Assembly: GCA_020852275.1 (NCBI GenBank)
Contig: JADZBE010000026.1
Coordinates: forward strand, 116,316-180,315
Direction of reading: 5' to 3'
Length of the DNA stretch: 64,000 nucleotides
DNA from: Phycisphaerales bacterium
GTDB lineage: Bacteria > Planctomycetota > Phycisphaerae > UBA1845
Positions 63,271 to 64,000 of the stretch are shown piece by piece. Under the pieces are notes generated by a model. The model searched no databases. It saw nothing but the letters and a program-made list of their open reading frames with translations, and was not told where the DNA came from. How positions within the stretch are numbered: the stretch's first letter is position 1; every line of letters begins with the position of its first letter. A program made the translations under genes and the position numbers.

Positions 63271-63299
63271 GGGTGCGTTGCCGCGGACCCGCGCCACCC
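63271..63299. repeat. Degenerate hairpin REP-like element
   Basis: GGGTGCGTTGCCGCGGACCCGCGCCACCC retains the GCGGACCCG-GCCACCC tail of the family. Confidence 0.5.
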
Positions 63300-63328
63300 G
63301 AGGAGGGGTGTTCCGGCAGCGCTCCAAC

Positions 63329-63697
63329 CTAATGTCCTGCTTCGGCGGGCGAAGGGGTCGCGGGGTCCGCGGGCGCGGAGGAAGCGTAGCGATACGCCTT
63401 CACCTTGCTCAGCCCTTTCAGCTCGAACTCCGCCCACTTGCGCTTCGCTTCAAAACCGTTGGCCGCGTAGAAGTCGTGCAGCGTCAGCAGGTGCCGATGA
63501 TACCCCTCGCGCGCCCGCTCCACCTCGGCGGCCAATTCCCCTTCGCGCGGATCGGGTGCGGATGCCTCGCTGCCGGACAGTGCGGCGGCTTGCGGTTCGG
63601 CTCCCATCGACGCGCCGCCCTTGGGCGCCGTGCCGCAGCCCGAAATCCATCCCCCGATGAGCACCGTCGCCGCCGCCAAGCATTTCCCACGATGCAT
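63329..63697 (-). CDS. Hypothetical lipoprotein
   Basis: The ORF is trimmed to ATG 63697, which follows GGAGAG. The signal plus lipobox reads MHRGKCLAAATVLIGGWISGC. A short helical domain follows (ELAAEVERAREGYHRHLLTLHDFYAANGFEAKRKWAEFELKGL). Confidence 0.55.
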   Translation of the reverse strand: MHRGKCLAAATVLIGGWISGCGTAPKGGASMGAEPQAAALSGSEASAPDPREGELAAEVERAREGYHRHLLTLHDFYAANGFEAKRKWAEFELKGLSKVKAYRYASSAPADPATPSPAEAGH

Positions 63698-64000
63698 GGT
63701 GTCTCTCCAGAAAGATGCGCCTCGAGGCAAGCCGCCGCGCATCGAACTTCTCCCGCCCGCTGATCGCAGCACCAGCCGCCTGTTATGCCCGGCGCCCGGT
63801 GAATGTCAACTCTACCCCGTAAGGGCGATAACTCGACTCTGGTGGATTTCCGGCGCCGTCGCGTCATCCGACGGGAATCGTGCAGCCTGGGTCCGCCTCG
63901 CGGGCGATAAGCGATCCGGCGGGATGAGCTGATTTCGACGGGGCTTGAATCATCCGATGAAAGCCCGTGATGCACCCGAAACCCATTCGCGTCCTGGTGG

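Noticed and set aside
63970-64000. A possible gene start at the window edge (ATG 63970, MHPKPIRVLV…), reminiscent of a response-regulator N-terminus.
   Set aside because: Only ten codons are visible and there is no clear SD. This is too little to support a feature.

Overview
This is a high-G+C bacterial chromosomal segment. Gene content and secretome style suggest Planctomycetota, possibly Phycisphaerae, but that is inference only. I call 50 protein-coding genes, one tRNA-Arg(ACG), one probable decayed toxin-antitoxin relic, two clear rho-independent terminators, and many short hairpin repeats and tandem-repeat arrays in intergenic DNA.

Recognisable housekeeping content:
- TerC (truncated at the window edge)
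- PPi-type phosphofructokinase
- A lone TolC-like outer membrane factor
- Three-gene proton-translocating transhydrogenase (pntAA-pntAB-pntB)
- A GGDEF cyclase
- An MqnA/MqnD-family menaquinone protein
- A sigma-70 factor, rpsA and ahcY
- A menG/ubiE - unknown - ubiX - pgpA operon
- A crcB-DUF190 fluoride module
- An ECF sigma/anti-sigma pair
- An orphan Dam-like methyltransferase
- A sugar-1-kinase/nucleotidyltransferase pair

A large share of the genes encode secreted or lipid-anchored proteins. These include two S8 subtilases, a 1295-aa FG-GAP protein, a beta-propeller protein, a PPAD-like deiminase, an EEP nuclease/phosphatase and an alpha/beta hydrolase. Several of them carry Ca-binding TSP3-like or dockerin-like modules.

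I saw no CRISPR array, transposase, integrase, rRNA or canonical defence system.

The items I consider most worth a second look:
1. At least nine short tandem-repeat arrays (7, 18, 19, 20, 23 and 27 bp periods) lie in promoter-proximal intergenic DNA.
2. A low-G+C islet carries a DUF559-like nuclease gene, a 20-bp array and an excisionase-HTH/pseudo-receiver gene.
3. An uncharacterised polytopic TPR-like protein is translationally coupled between menG and ubiX.
4. The crcB operon is extended by an unknown membrane protein and a Nudix protein with a degenerate Nudix box.
5. A secreted protein is built from four Cys4 knuckle modules.
6. Two unrelated secreted proteins share a Cys-bounded C-terminal module.

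The many long ORFs antisense to real genes are treated as high-G+C artefacts.
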